From: Clostridiales bacterium
GTDB lineage: Bacteria; Bacillota; Clostridia; Saccharofermentanales; DTU023
Reading direction: 5' to 3'
Length of the DNA stretch: 64,000 bases
NCBI GenBank assembly: GCA_004556455.1
Contig: SFGY01000001.1
Location: 160,181 to 224,180, forward strand
Positions 28,484 through 38,035 of this stretch are shown one piece after another. Position numbers and translations under genes: made by a program. The notes under the pieces were generated by a model that saw only the letters and a program-made list of their open reading frames with translations, was not told the DNA's origin and made no database searches. Position 1 is the stretch's first letter. Every line of letters starts with the position of its first letter.

Positions 28484-31174
28484 GTGACAAAGCAAAGCAT
28501 GAAAATGAAAAACAGTAAGATTGAACCAAAACCCAAAGCACTCTTTTTTGATTTTGACGATACTCTCCAGCCCTTTGATCCCTGCAGCCGCCAGGCTCTG
28601 GAAAGTAGCTGCCAGGCCTTTTCGCTGCCTTTTAATGAGCAGGTCTATCAGCATTACCGCCAGCTGAATCACGGGCTATGGAGGCGGCAGAAAGCAGGCG
28701 AACTGAGTGTCGAGGACGTCATGGAGAGACGTTTTCAGCTCTTTCTTAAGGATTACGGGCAAGCTCAGCTGGCTGAAGTTTTCAATCAACGCTATATCTC
28801 AGAGCTGAGCCGCTGTGTGTCCAAAGAACCGGGAGCAGATGAGGTTCTGGACAGGCTCTCACGCCAATATGAGCTCTTTATTTGCTCGAACGGCCGGCTG
28901 GCAGAAAAACGCAGTCGCATCGAACTTGCCGGTTGGACAGCCTATTTTAAAGACCTTTTTGTTTCTGATGACATCGGCTTTGATAAGCCCGATCCGCGCT
29001 ATTTTGAACTTTGTCTCCAACGCAGCCGTTATTCTGCCGACGAAGTTCTCTTTATCGGGGACAGCTGGACAGCAGATATCCTGGGCGCACGCAGAGTCGG
29101 CCTGCCTGCCATCTGGTACTGTGTGCACAGTCGCTCAGATCAAGAAGCTCTTCCTGCTGAAGACTCGGAGCTGGAAAATATTCTTTGTCTGAAGCAGCTG
29201 ACGGAGCTTCTGCCACTGCTGGATGAGGAAGCCTGCCTGGCGGGGGAGGAGGCCACGAAGCAACTTTGTGCTGAAGGAGGAAGGCAGGGGATTTCCGTTC
29301 GATTGCCGGGCAATAGTCCTCTTAAAAAAACAGACGCTGTGGTTCCGGAAAGCCGTTATCCCCGCCCTGAGTGGCTGGAACGCGCAGTTTTCTATGAAAT
29401 CTACCCTCAGAGTTTTTATGATGCCAACGGGGACGGTATTGGCGATATTCCGGGAATTATCAGCAAACTGGATTACATTGCTGATCTTGGTGCGAACGCG
29501 ATCTGGCTGAGTCCCTGTTTCGATTCGCCTTTCAAAGACGCGGGTTATGATGTTCGCGACTATAAAAGAGTTGCCGCGCGCTATGGGACAAATGATGATC
29601 TTATTGCTCTTTTTAATGAAGCGCATCGGCGAGGCATGAAGGTCTTACTGGACCTGGTTCCCGGACATACAAGTGAGGAACACCCCTGGTTTATCGAGAG
29701 CAGTAAAAGTGAAGCAAACGCCTTCACTAAGCGCTATATCTGGACCAACAGTGCCTTTGAAGGAGCAGAGGGCCGGCCTTTCATCAGCGGAGAATCGGAG
29801 CGGGATGGCGCTTATATTCTCAATTTTTTCAAATGTCAGCCCGCGCTGAATTACGGCTGGGCTGAAGTCCGAAAACCCTGGCAGAGTGAGGCTCTGGGAA
29901 AAGAGGCCTGTGAAACCTGCGCGGCCATGGTGGACGTCATGCGCTTCTGGCTGGAGCGCGGAGCCGATGGTTTCCGCGTCGACATGGCGGACAGCCTTGT
30001 CAAGGGTGACGGTGACGAAAAAACGGCAACCATCAAAACCTGGCAGTTCATCTTCGATCAGCTGCGGCCAGATTTTCCCCAGGCAGCTTTTGTTTCGGAG
30101 TGGGGGCGACCTGGTCTCAGCTCCCAAGCCGGTTTTGATATGGACTTCTGGCTGGACTGGGGCTGGGGCGAAGGCAATGGCTATCATCATATGCTGCGCT
30201 TTACCCGTGACACGAAAAGCACAGACTCACGCGAAGGAGATCGAAGCTATTTTAACGCCGGGAGTTCGACCTCAGCGCTGTCGTGGCTGGTGGAATATAG
30301 ACGGGAATATGAAGCTTCTCGCTCGAAAGCCAGCTTTTGCTTTATCACGTGCAATCATGATACGCCTCGGCTGGCCCCCCGTTTGAGTCGAGATGAAATT
30401 GCTCTGGCCTATTGCTGCCTTCTGACCCTGCCCGGCAACCCTTTTATTTACTATGGCGATGAAATCGGGCAGCGTTATCTGCCGCTTCCCAGCAAGGAGG
30501 GGGGCTATCACCGAACGGGTTCGCGCACGCCCATGCAATGGAAGCAGGGGCGGAATTTCGGCTTTTCCAACGCAGCGCCTGAGCAGCTTTATCTGCCGGT
30601 AGATCCAGACGTCCATGCGCCAACAGTAGAAGAAAACATCAGAGATCCGCGTTCTCTCTTTTGTATCCTGAAACAACTCATTGCCCTGCGCAGGCAATAC
30701 CCCTCGCTGCTGGCGACTTCGGACTGGTCCCCGATCGCTTGCAATGAAGAGGGCAAAGCGCTGCTCTACAAAAGATATTGCCATGTCTCCACGATCTCCG
30801 GCCACCGTGGAGAGGCCAGGGCAGTAAACCCCGATCTAAAAGATTGGCAGGATCAGGGCCAGGAAAAGGAAGAAGCAAACAGTCAAGTTGCCAGGCCTCT
30901 CAAGGAAAGTCTTTTTGTCTGTCTGAATCCCGGCTTAAAACCTGAACGCCTGAATCTTCCGGCTCAGGAATTTATGGAACTTCGTTCGGCCAAACTCATC
31001 TTTTCCTTTTCTGCAAATGGTTCGGAAAATTATCTTAATGGAGAAAACTACTTGAATTACACCCGGTTTGAAAGAAAAGAACGGAGAGACGAAGACCTGG
31101 CTAAGGAAAGTACGGTTGACGGAAATCTGTTGATCGAGCCTCAGAGTATCAGTCTCTTTCATCTGTTACAATAA
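28484..31174 (+). CDS. Fusion protein: N-terminal HAD-IA phosphatase (YjjG-like) and C-terminal GH13 alpha-glucosidase/alpha-amylase-family catalytic domain
   Basis: HAD motifs are FFDFDDTL (DxDxT), ICSNG, K at FDKPD, and GDSWTADILGA. GH13 motifs are FYEIYPQSF.DANGDGIGD, NAIWLSPCF.SP..D.GYDV.DY, LDLVPGHTS, GADGFRVDMA (nucleophile), FVSEWG (acid/base) and ITCNHDTPR. Confidence 0.85.
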   Translation: MTKQSMKMKNSKIEPKPKALFFDFDDTLQPFDPCSRQALESSCQAFSLPFNEQVYQHYRQLNHGLWRRQKAGELSVEDVMERRFQLFLKDYGQAQLAEVFNQRYISELSRCVSKEPGADEVLDRLSRQYELFICSNGRLAEKRSRIELAGWTAYFKDLFVSDDIGFDKPDPRYFELCLQRSRYSADEVLFIGDSWTADILGARRVGLPAIWYCVHSRSDQEALPAEDSELENILCLKQLTELLPLLDEEACLAGEEATKQLCAEGGRQGISVRLPGNSPLKKTDAVVPESRYPRPEWLERAVFYEIYPQSFYDANGDGIGDIPGIISKLDYIADLGANAIWLSPCFDSPFKDAGYDVRDYKRVAARYGTNDDLIALFNEAHRRGMKVLLDLVPGHTSEEHPWFIESSKSEANAFTKRYIWTNSAFEGAEGRPFISGESERDGAYILNFFKCQPALNYGWAEVRKPWQSEALGKEACETCAAMVDVMRFWLERGADGFRVDMADSLVKGDGDEKTATIKTWQFIFDQLRPDFPQAAFVSEWGRPGLSSQAGFDMDFWLDWGWGEGNGYHHMLRFTRDTKSTDSREGDRSYFNAGSSTSALSWLVEYRREYEASRSKASFCFITCNHDTPRLAPRLSRDEIALAYCCLLTLPGNPFIYYGDEIGQRYLPLPSKEGGYHRTGSRTPMQWKQGRNFGFSNAAPEQLYLPVDPDVHAPTVEENIRDPRSLFCILKQLIALRRQYPSLLATSDWSPIACNEEGKALLYKRYCHVSTISGHRGEARAVNPDLKDWQDQGQEKEEANSQVARPLKESLFVCLNPGLKPERLNLPAQEFMELRSAKLIFSFSANGSENYLNGENYLNYTRFERKERRDEDLAKESTVDGNLLIEPQSISLFHLLQ

Positions 31175-31181
31175 AAACAGC

Positions 31182-31220
31182 CTGATTCTGAGCGCTATTA
31201 GCAATCTGGTTCTGAGCACT
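31182..31220 (+). repeat. Direct repeat CTGATTCTGAGCGCT / CTGGTTCTGAGCACT (13 of 15 identical, 24-nt period) upstream of the amidohydrolase gene
   Basis: The copies lie at 31182-31196 and 31206-31220, read directly from the sequence. Confidence 0.5.
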
Positions 31221-31358
31221 GCCATCAGGATATGGGAAGAACTGGTATATCTCAGCCTTTTCAATTCATCCATACCTTTTTTCTTTAGTGAGCAGCAGAG
31301 GACAGACAGACATTGAAACGGGCAAAGGGGAAAAGTAGGTTTAGCGATGGAGGAAAAA

Positions 31359-32786
31359 ATGCCAGAACTTAAGAGCCAGCAGGATAAACAAAGTCTCTGT
31401 TTTCGCAATCTTGATCGTCTGGTCAGCTGTGATGACAGCGACAGGGTGTATGAGCATTGCGATCTTTTCGTTGAAAACGGTAGAATTTCACAGATTGGAG
31501 AGGTAAAGCAAAGGGCTGACGATGAAATTGATGGCCGTGGCTTCATCGTCTATCCCGGACTGATTAACACACATCACCATCTTTATCAGATTCTCACACG
31601 GAATTTGCCGCAGGTGCAAAATCTGGAGCTTTTTGACTGGCTGACAAAACTTTATGAGATCTGGGCCAAACTTAATGCTGAGGGCTTTTTTGCAGCCTGC
31701 CGCGCCGGTATGGGTGAACTGATTAAATTCGGCTGCACAACGGTTTTTGATCATCATTACGTTTTCCCGGAAAACAGCGGTGATCTGCTCGCTTCAGAAG
31801 TTGAAGCGGCCGATCTCATGGGCATCCGCCTTGTCCTGTCCCGGGGCAGCATGGATCTCAGCCAAAAAGATGGAGGTCTTCCCCCTGATTCAGTCGTACA
31901 GAGTATCAAAGAAATCCTTGAGGATAGTGAAGCTCTCATTGACCGTTATCATGATGAAAGGCCTTTCTCCATGCGACAGGTGGTGCTGGCTCCATGTTCA
32001 CCTTTCAGTGTCAGTGAAGAGCTGCTGCGTGAATCAGCCAAACTGGCTCGAAGCAAAGGGGTTCGCCTGCACACGCATCTGGCGGAAACTAGAGATGAGG
32101 AGGTCTACACGCAAGAACATTATGGTATTCGTCCTCTGGAGTATATGGCCCGACTTGGCTGGCTGGGCAAAGATGTCTGGTTTGCCCATGGCGTTCATTT
32201 TAATGATGCTGAACTCGATCTCTTAGCGGAGACAGGAACGGGCGTCGCTCATTGCCCGGCCTCGAACATGAAACTTTCCTCGGGGATCTGCCGCGTTCCT
32301 GAGCTACTTCAAAGAGGCGTTCATGTAGGTCTGGCTGTTGACGGCAGCGCCAGCAACGATGGTTCCAGCCTGCTGGAAGAAATGCGTATCGCATATCTGC
32401 TCCATCGCCTCTCCTGGGGAGAAAAAGCTCCTTCCGGCTATGAGCTTCTGAAAATGGCGACAAGAGGTGGAGCCGCACTCCTTGGCCGTCCCGAGCTTGG
32501 TCAGCTTGCAGTCGGAAAAGCAGCAGATTTTTTTGCGATACAGAAATACCGACTGGAACTTGCCGGCGCCAGCTTTGATCCTGAAAACATGCTGGCCACC
32601 ATTGGGATCAAGGCTCCGGTTGATTTTACTGTAGTGAACGGAAAAATTCTTTACAAGCAGGGAAAGCTACTCGATCTTAATGGTAAAGTCCAGGATGAGA
32701 ATGAAATCAGCAGACAAGTAGAAAGAGCCTCACGCCGCATGCAGGACGAAACTACAGGTGGTAAGCTGGCTTCTGTTTTGGAATAG
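31359..32786 (+). CDS. Amidohydrolase-superfamily deaminase (8-oxoguanine deaminase / chlorohydrolase-like, COG0402)
   Basis: PGLINTHHHLYQILTR (metal-binding HxH), HTHLAET, VWFAHGVH, and VGLAVDGSASND (catalytic Asp region). GGAGG lies 5 nt before ATG 31359. Confidence 0.75.
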   Translation: MPELKSQQDKQSLCFRNLDRLVSCDDSDRVYEHCDLFVENGRISQIGEVKQRADDEIDGRGFIVYPGLINTHHHLYQILTRNLPQVQNLELFDWLTKLYEIWAKLNAEGFFAACRAGMGELIKFGCTTVFDHHYVFPENSGDLLASEVEAADLMGIRLVLSRGSMDLSQKDGGLPPDSVVQSIKEILEDSEALIDRYHDERPFSMRQVVLAPCSPFSVSEELLRESAKLARSKGVRLHTHLAETRDEEVYTQEHYGIRPLEYMARLGWLGKDVWFAHGVHFNDAELDLLAETGTGVAHCPASNMKLSSGICRVPELLQRGVHVGLAVDGSASNDGSSLLEEMRIAYLLHRLSWGEKAPSGYELLKMATRGGAALLGRPELGQLAVGKAADFFAIQKYRLELAGASFDPENMLATIGIKAPVDFTVVNGKILYKQGKLLDLNGKVQDENEISRQVERASRRMQDETTGGKLASVLE

Positions 32787-32901
32787 CCGCCATTGCAAGC
32801 TGTTTCGCACATGGTCAGGGTGTCAGGACAAGAAAGGTTCTTTTCTCTAAAGCTTTCTTATGCTACGATGTTAAGACAGCTTAGCTTTCGGAGGTGCAGT
32901 T

Positions 32902-33630
32902 ATGAAGCTGGATAAACACAGCAGTATTCCGCTTTATGCGCAGCTGCGCGAATTAATTGTAGAACGAATCAGCAGTGGCGCCTATGCCCGTGGTGCGCAG
33001 ATCCCTTCAGAGATGGAATTTTGCAGAGAATTGGATCTGAGTCGCCCGACAGTGCGCCAGGCGATTGCAGAGTTGGTCTCCGATGGCGTGCTGGAGATTC
33101 ATAAAGGGAAAGGAACCTATGTGGCCGAAGAGGTCGAGCGCCTTGAAATTCCTCATTTTACGGCGCTGAGCTTTTCCTTTCTCAACATGAATAATGTCGA
33201 TAACATCGGTCTCAAACCAATCAAACTGATTGAACCCGATGCCGAAATCGACCGTCTCTTTAAAATAGCAGAGAAGCAGACTCATCCGGGTTACTGGCTG
33301 GCTGAGTGGCCGGTCAATGCCGGAGAGCAGATTCTTGGGCACTGCTATTCCTATATTCCTGTACAGCTTTTCCCTGAACTTGGTCAAAGCCTTGCGGCCG
33401 GTAAACGAATGGTCGATATCAAGTCCAATAAATACGCCTATCTGCCGCAGAAAGGCAGTCTTTCCCTGACTTGTCGCCCGGCCAAAAATCGTGAAGCGGA
33501 AGCTCTGGATATTCCACGCCGCAGTTTTATCATCGCCATGGAAGGTCCCCTCTTTGCCCGCAACGGCTATATCTGTGAGGTTTTGCGCATTATTCTGCGC
33601 CCTGACCTGATTAAAGTGGAAATTAATTGA
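32902..33630 (+). CDS. GntR-family transcriptional regulator, HutC/UTRA subfamily
   Basis: Winged HTH: PLYAQLRELIVERISSGAYARGAQIPSEMEFCRELDLSRPTVRQAIAELVSDGVLEIHKGKGTYV. The C-terminal effector domain is UTRA-like. Confidence 0.9.
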   Translation: MKLDKHSSIPLYAQLRELIVERISSGAYARGAQIPSEMEFCRELDLSRPTVRQAIAELVSDGVLEIHKGKGTYVAEEVERLEIPHFTALSFSFLNMNNVDNIGLKPIKLIEPDAEIDRLFKIAEKQTHPGYWLAEWPVNAGEQILGHCYSYIPVQLFPELGQSLAAGKRMVDIKSNKYAYLPQKGSLSLTCRPAKNREAEALDIPRRSFIIAMEGPLFARNGYICEVLRIILRPDLIKVEIN

Positions 33631-33660
33631 CGCTGCTTGCGCCTCTTTTCGTCTTTAGAT

Positions 33661-33687
33661 CTTGCAGCTATTCGCCTGCAAGTTTTT
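33661..33687 (+). terminator. Rho-independent terminator after the GntR gene
   Basis: CTTGCAG-CTATTCGC-CTGCAAG forms a 7-bp stem, followed by TTTTT. Confidence 0.75.
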
Positions 33688-33753
33688 CTGTTCGCAGTTT
33701 TCTCGGATCTGGTCTTTCTTATTAATAAAAAGGCCAGAAGGAATTTGTAAAAA

Positions 33754-34902
33754 ATGGGTATCTATTTCGATTCTACAGCCAGCGGTCTCCTAGATCCGGA
33801 GGTCCTTGATCTTTATGTCGAGGCTCTGAAAAAGTTTAACTATAATCCTGCTTCGCTCCATCATGATGGCAGGGAATGTCGCCTGGCAATAGAAGAGGCT
33901 CGCTGCCGCATGGCTACCGTTCTCGACTGTGAAGCTGAAGAAATTATCTTTACCTCCGGGGGCAGTGAGTCAATCAACACAGCACTCAAAAGTGTGACCA
34001 TCGAAAGCCGCAGGCGTGGACGCAAGCTGGTGAGTGATGCCGCTGAGCATCCTGCAACTATGGAAACCCTGCGTTTTCTGGAAACAGCTGAGAAAAGGGA
34101 AGTGGACTTTTTGCCTTTGAAAAATGGCCGCTATGATCTCTCAGCTTTGCGGGCTTCCCTTGAAGGTTCAGCAGCCGACCTGATCAGCTCGCTTTATGTG
34201 CACAATGAGAACGGCATGATTTATCCTCTTGCTGAGATAAAAGCCCTGCGTGATGAACTCAGTCCTTCGGCGAAGTGGCATGTCGACGCTGTTCAGGCTC
34301 TGGGAAAATTGTCCATTTCTTTCAAAAACATCGGGGCTGATTTTATGTCCTTCAGTCTTCACAAGATTGGAGCACCTAAGGGCATTGGCTTGCTTCTGGC
34401 CCGCCGAAATCTCAGGCTATGTCCGTTGATTCATGGGGGTGGCCAGCAGGGAGGACGCCGATCTGGCACAGAAAATCCACCATTGATTCTCGCGTCTGCT
34501 CTGGCCATGGAAAAATCAGCAAAAACGGTCGAACAGAACTGGACCAGAGTCAGTGCTCTCAAAACTCTGCTGCTGGAGCGCCTCAGAGCCTCTTCTCAGC
34601 CTTTCAGAGAAGTGAGTGATGCCAGGAGCGTGCCTCATATTGTTCTTCTGCTTTTTCCAGGACTGCGTGCTCAGACCTTGCAAAATGGCTTATCCGAACG
34701 TGGCTTTGACCTCTCTATCGGTTCAGCCTGCGCTTCTACCAAAGATGCTGACCCAGCACTCATCGCCCTCGGCCTGAGTGCTGATGAGAGTCGCCACGCT
34801 GTGCGCATCAGCCTCTCTGCCCAGACGAGGGAAGAAGATATTGAGCGACTTGTCCACGAGATCGCTGATTTACTAACACGGTTTGGCGGCGCGGAGCACT
34901 GA
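33754..34902 (+). CDS. Cysteine desulfurase (class V aminotransferase; NifZ/IscS-like partner of ThiI)
   Basis: FTSGGSESIN, the PLP lysine in SFSLHKIGAPKGIG, RRSGTENPP, and the active-site Cys in SIGSACAS. It sits directly upstream of thiI. Confidence 0.88.
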   Translation: MGIYFDSTASGLLDPEVLDLYVEALKKFNYNPASLHHDGRECRLAIEEARCRMATVLDCEAEEIIFTSGGSESINTALKSVTIESRRRGRKLVSDAAEHPATMETLRFLETAEKREVDFLPLKNGRYDLSALRASLEGSAADLISSLYVHNENGMIYPLAEIKALRDELSPSAKWHVDAVQALGKLSISFKNIGADFMSFSLHKIGAPKGIGLLLARRNLRLCPLIHGGGQQGGRRSGTENPPLILASALAMEKSAKTVEQNWTRVSALKTLLLERLRASSQPFREVSDARSVPHIVLLLFPGLRAQTLQNGLSERGFDLSIGSACASTKDADPALIALGLSADESRHAVRISLSAQTREEDIERLVHEIADLLTRFGGAEH

Positions 34903-35065
34903 AAAAACAACTACTTGAGCACGGCTAAATCCACACACAAGACGAAAACAGCAAAACTAATAAAGTACAATAAAAAAACATTAAAAAAGTCGCAAAAAAA
35001 TGCGCTAAAAGACCTGTAGAAGAAGCTCTGTAAAAAATACAGCGCTCAATGAAGGAAAGAAAAAT

Positions 35066-36475
35066 ATGCACGCTGGCGAAAACAAAAGAGATTCCATCAT
35101 ATCGACATCAGATGCTTCAGCATCTGATAGTCATGAGTCTTCGACTCCTTTCCTCGGGGTGGACACTCAGGGAAAAGCCTCGCAAGGTTCTGCGGATCCT
35201 GTTCAGGGGAATGCTCCCACAGCTCTTCCCGGAGATGAAATTGTCCTTGCGCGCCTGGGTGAAATAGCACTCAAAGGTCTGAACCGCAACCGCTTTGAGT
35301 CTCAGCTCTTCCACAATATGCAATATCGCCTGCGCGGCCTTGGTAAATATAAGATTACACAGAGTGATTCACGCATTTGGATTGAACGCAAAGATGGACC
35401 GACCGATACGAAGGCAGTTATTCATGCCATTCACGATGTTTTCGGTTATGTTTCGGCGAGCCCGGTCCGACGTATTCCCCAGGATATGGAAGTCCTACGG
35501 AATACGGTGGCAAAGCTTGGAGAAAGCTTGTTCTCTGAGGAGGCCATTCGCATTAACGCTGCAAAGAAGAGCGACCACGTCCGGACCACTTCTTTGCCGA
35601 TAAGTTTCAAGATTGAATGCAAACGTATTGAAAAATCCTTTCCTCTGCGCTCCTACGATGTCTGCTGCTCTTTGGGAGATCTGATCACCGAACGCTGGCC
35701 TGAAACGACCCGGGTGGATGTGCATCAGCCTGACGTCACAATCTATGTGGAAATTCGTGAGTCGATTTATCTCTATCATGAGATTTATCCGGCGCGTAAA
35801 GGCCTTCCGGTGGGCATGGGAGGGAAGGGCATGCTGCTCCTCTCAGGAGGTATAGACAGTCCTGTAGCAGGCTATCGCATGGCTTCCCGCGGCATGCGAC
35901 TGGAAGCCATTTATTTTCATACGCCGCCTTACACCGGTGAGGATGCAAAGATAAAGGTGATCGATCTTGCCCACATTCTCGCGCGCTATGCGGGAACTCT
36001 GACTTTGCACATTGTGAATTTCACTGAGGTGCAGCTCACGATGAACAAACTGGTTCCCGAAGATATGATGACCATTGTGATGCGCCGAATGATGCTGCGT
36101 ATCGCTGAGGCTATCTCCAGGGAGCGAGGACTTAAAGCTCTTATTACAGGGGAAAGTCTTGGCCAGGTTGCCAGCCAGACGCTGGAGGCACTGGTATGTA
36201 CGGATGCAGTTGCAGGTTTGCCTATCTTTCGACCGCTTATTGGCTGCGACAAAGATGAGACTGTGGCTCTTGCCCAGGATATCGGCAGTTTTGAAACCTC
36301 CATTCTGCCCTATGAGGACTGCTGCACGGTTTTTGTGGCCAAACATCCGAAAACTCATCCCAGTCTTGAAAATGCCGAAAAAGCTGAAGCTAAACTGGAT
36401 GTAGAGGCGCTCACCCGTCTTGCCGTAAGCCAGAGCGAAGCCTTGCAGATTCAGCTGAAAAACCTGGAAGCCTAG
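35066..36475 (+). CDS. thiI: tRNA 4-thiouridine synthase ThiI, with a ~55-aa low-complexity N-terminal extension
   Basis: ARLGEIALKGLNR (ferredoxin-like/THUMP start), PP-loop LLLSGGIDSPVA, and ITGESLGQVASQT. No in-frame canonical start lies closer to the conserved core. Confidence 0.92.
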   Translation: MHAGENKRDSIISTSDASASDSHESSTPFLGVDTQGKASQGSADPVQGNAPTALPGDEIVLARLGEIALKGLNRNRFESQLFHNMQYRLRGLGKYKITQSDSRIWIERKDGPTDTKAVIHAIHDVFGYVSASPVRRIPQDMEVLRNTVAKLGESLFSEEAIRINAAKKSDHVRTTSLPISFKIECKRIEKSFPLRSYDVCCSLGDLITERWPETTRVDVHQPDVTIYVEIRESIYLYHEIYPARKGLPVGMGGKGMLLLSGGIDSPVAGYRMASRGMRLEAIYFHTPPYTGEDAKIKVIDLAHILARYAGTLTLHIVNFTEVQLTMNKLVPEDMMTIVMRRMMLRIAEAISRERGLKALITGESLGQVASQTLEALVCTDAVAGLPIFRPLIGCDKDETVALAQDIGSFETSILPYEDCCTVFVAKHPKTHPSLENAEKAEAKLDVEALTRLAVSQSEALQIQLKNLEA

Positions 36476-36788
36476 AGGCTGAATGGAAAATTCACGGAAG
36501 CGGTACGCTAATTTAGTTCTTTCAAGCTTCCACTCATACAGCGCCCCCTCAGGCTGACCCTGAGAGAATATGATGGGAAAAGATCTCAGTTTAACTTGAC
36601 ATTAATCAGAGAAACTCTTCGGCTCCTTTTGCTTGTTTTTATTTTCTGATATACTAAACATCGTTAAAATTTGCGTAAAAAGCAATATTAATATCATTAA
36701 ACAAACCTTTTTCGGCGACCTCACATTGAAGGTCAGTTCCCATAAGGAAGACAAAATGTTCCGAATAAAGGCCACAGGAGGAAAATTC

Positions 36789-38030
36789 ATGCTTTACGAA
36801 CACATCAAACAGCAAGACGCTGAAGTCTATGAAGCGATGATGAACGAACTTCACCGTCAGCAGAATAAAATTGAACTGATCGCATCTGAGAACTTTGTCA
36901 GCCCCGCTGTTATGGAAGCTGCCGGCTCAGTGCTTACCAATAAATATGCCGAAGGTTACCCTGGAAAACGCTACTACGGCGGTTGTGAATACGTGGACGT
37001 CGTTGAAAACCTGGCTATTGAACGCGCGAAAAAGCTCTATGGAGCCGAACATGTCAACGTTCAGCCTCATTCTGGCGCACAGGCGAACACGGCTGTGTTC
37101 TTTGCCCTGCTCAACCCCGGCGATAAAATCCTCGGCATGGATCTGGCGCACGGCGGCCATCTCACGCACGGCATGAAGATTAACTTCTCCGGAAAATACT
37201 TTGAAGCACACGGCTATAAGGTCCGCCGCGACACCATGCAGATCGATTACGATGCCCTGATGGAGCAGGCTATGGAAGTCAAACCCAAGCTCATCATCGC
37301 TGGTGCGTCTGCCTATCCCCGCATCATTGACTTTAAGAAGTTCCGCGAAGTGGCCGATGCCTGCGGCGCCCTTCTTATGGTTGATATGGCCCACATCGCA
37401 GGTCTCGTGGCTGCAGGTCTGCATCCCAGCCCTGTGCCTTATGCCGACGTGGTCACCACAACCACACATAAAACGCTTCGCGGCACCCGTGGCGGCATGA
37501 TTATGTGCAAGGAAGATTATGCTAAAAAGATTAACTCGGCCGTCTTCCCTGGCATGCAGGGCGGCCCGCTCATGCACATTATCGCAGCTAAGGCCGTGGC
37601 CTTTGGCGAAGCTCTTAAACCCGAGTTCAAAGTCTATCAGCAGCACGTTGTCGAAAATGCCAAAGCTCTGGCAGAGGGACTCAACAAGCGCGGCGTCCAC
37701 ATGTGCTCCGGCGGCACGGACAACCATCTGATTCTGCTTGACCTGCGCGAAACCGGCGTCACCGGCAAGGATCTGCAGGAGCGTCTGGATGAAGTCAATA
37801 TCACGACGAATAAAAATGGCATTCCTTACGATGAATTGAAACCGACCATCACCTCGGGTCTTCGTATTGGTACTCCTGCCGTGACGAGCCGCGGTCTTGG
37901 CGTTGCTGACATGGATGAAATTGCCGATTTCATCGCTCTGGCCATTAAAGATTTTGATGCTCACAAAGATGAGATCAGCCGCCGTGTGGCCGACCTTCTG
38001 GCAAAACATCCGCTCTACGAAAATCTTTAA
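36789..38030 (+). CDS. glyA: Serine hydroxymethyltransferase
   Basis: [34 protein letters not shown] and [16 protein letters not shown] (PLP lysine). AGGAGGA precedes ATG 36789. The ORF-track start at 36633 adds 52 non-homologous residues. Confidence 0.97.
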   Translation: MLYEHIKQQDAEVYEAMMNELHRQQNKIELIASENFVSPAVMEAAGSVLTNKYAEGYPGKRYYGGCEYVDVVENLAIERAKKLYGAEHVNVQPHSGAQANTAVFFALLNPGDKILGMDLAHGGHLTHGMKINFSGKYFEAHGYKVRRDTMQIDYDALMEQAMEVKPKLIIAGASAYPRIIDFKKFREVADACGALLMVDMAHIAGLVAAGLHPSPVPYADVVTTTTHKTLRGTRGGMIMCKEDYAKKINSAVFPGMQGGPLMHIIAAKAVAFGEALKPEFKVYQQHVVENAKALAEGLNKRGVHMCSGGTDNHLILLDLRETGVTGKDLQERLDEVNITTNKNGIPYDELKPTITSGLRIGTPAVTSRGLGVADMDEIADFIALAIKDFDAHKDEISRRVADLLAKHPLYENL

Positions 38031-38035
38031 TCACA

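Noticed and set aside
31215-31265. A purine riboswitch upstream of the deaminase-like amidohydrolase. The string GGATATGG resembles the P2 loop of guanine riboswitches.
   Set aside because: The other invariant segments (the TTTCTACC junction and the CCGTAAAT-type P3 loop) are absent, and no P1 helix can be drawn.
36476-36788. A riboswitch or T-box in the 310-nt region upstream of glyA. ZTP/pfl or THF elements are sometimes linked to one-carbon genes.
   Set aside because: I found an extended -10-like TGATATACT (36647-36655) and only short hairpins. None of the conserved ZTP, THF or T-box sequence blocks that I can recall are present. An Rfam scan would settle it.
36927-38009. A 360-aa ORF on the minus strand, entirely inside glyA.
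   Set aside because: It is antisense to a highly conserved, unambiguous gene. The translated sequence is low-complexity (Ala/Gly/Arg/His-rich) with no motif. This is a typical shadow ORF produced by codon bias in GC-rich genes.
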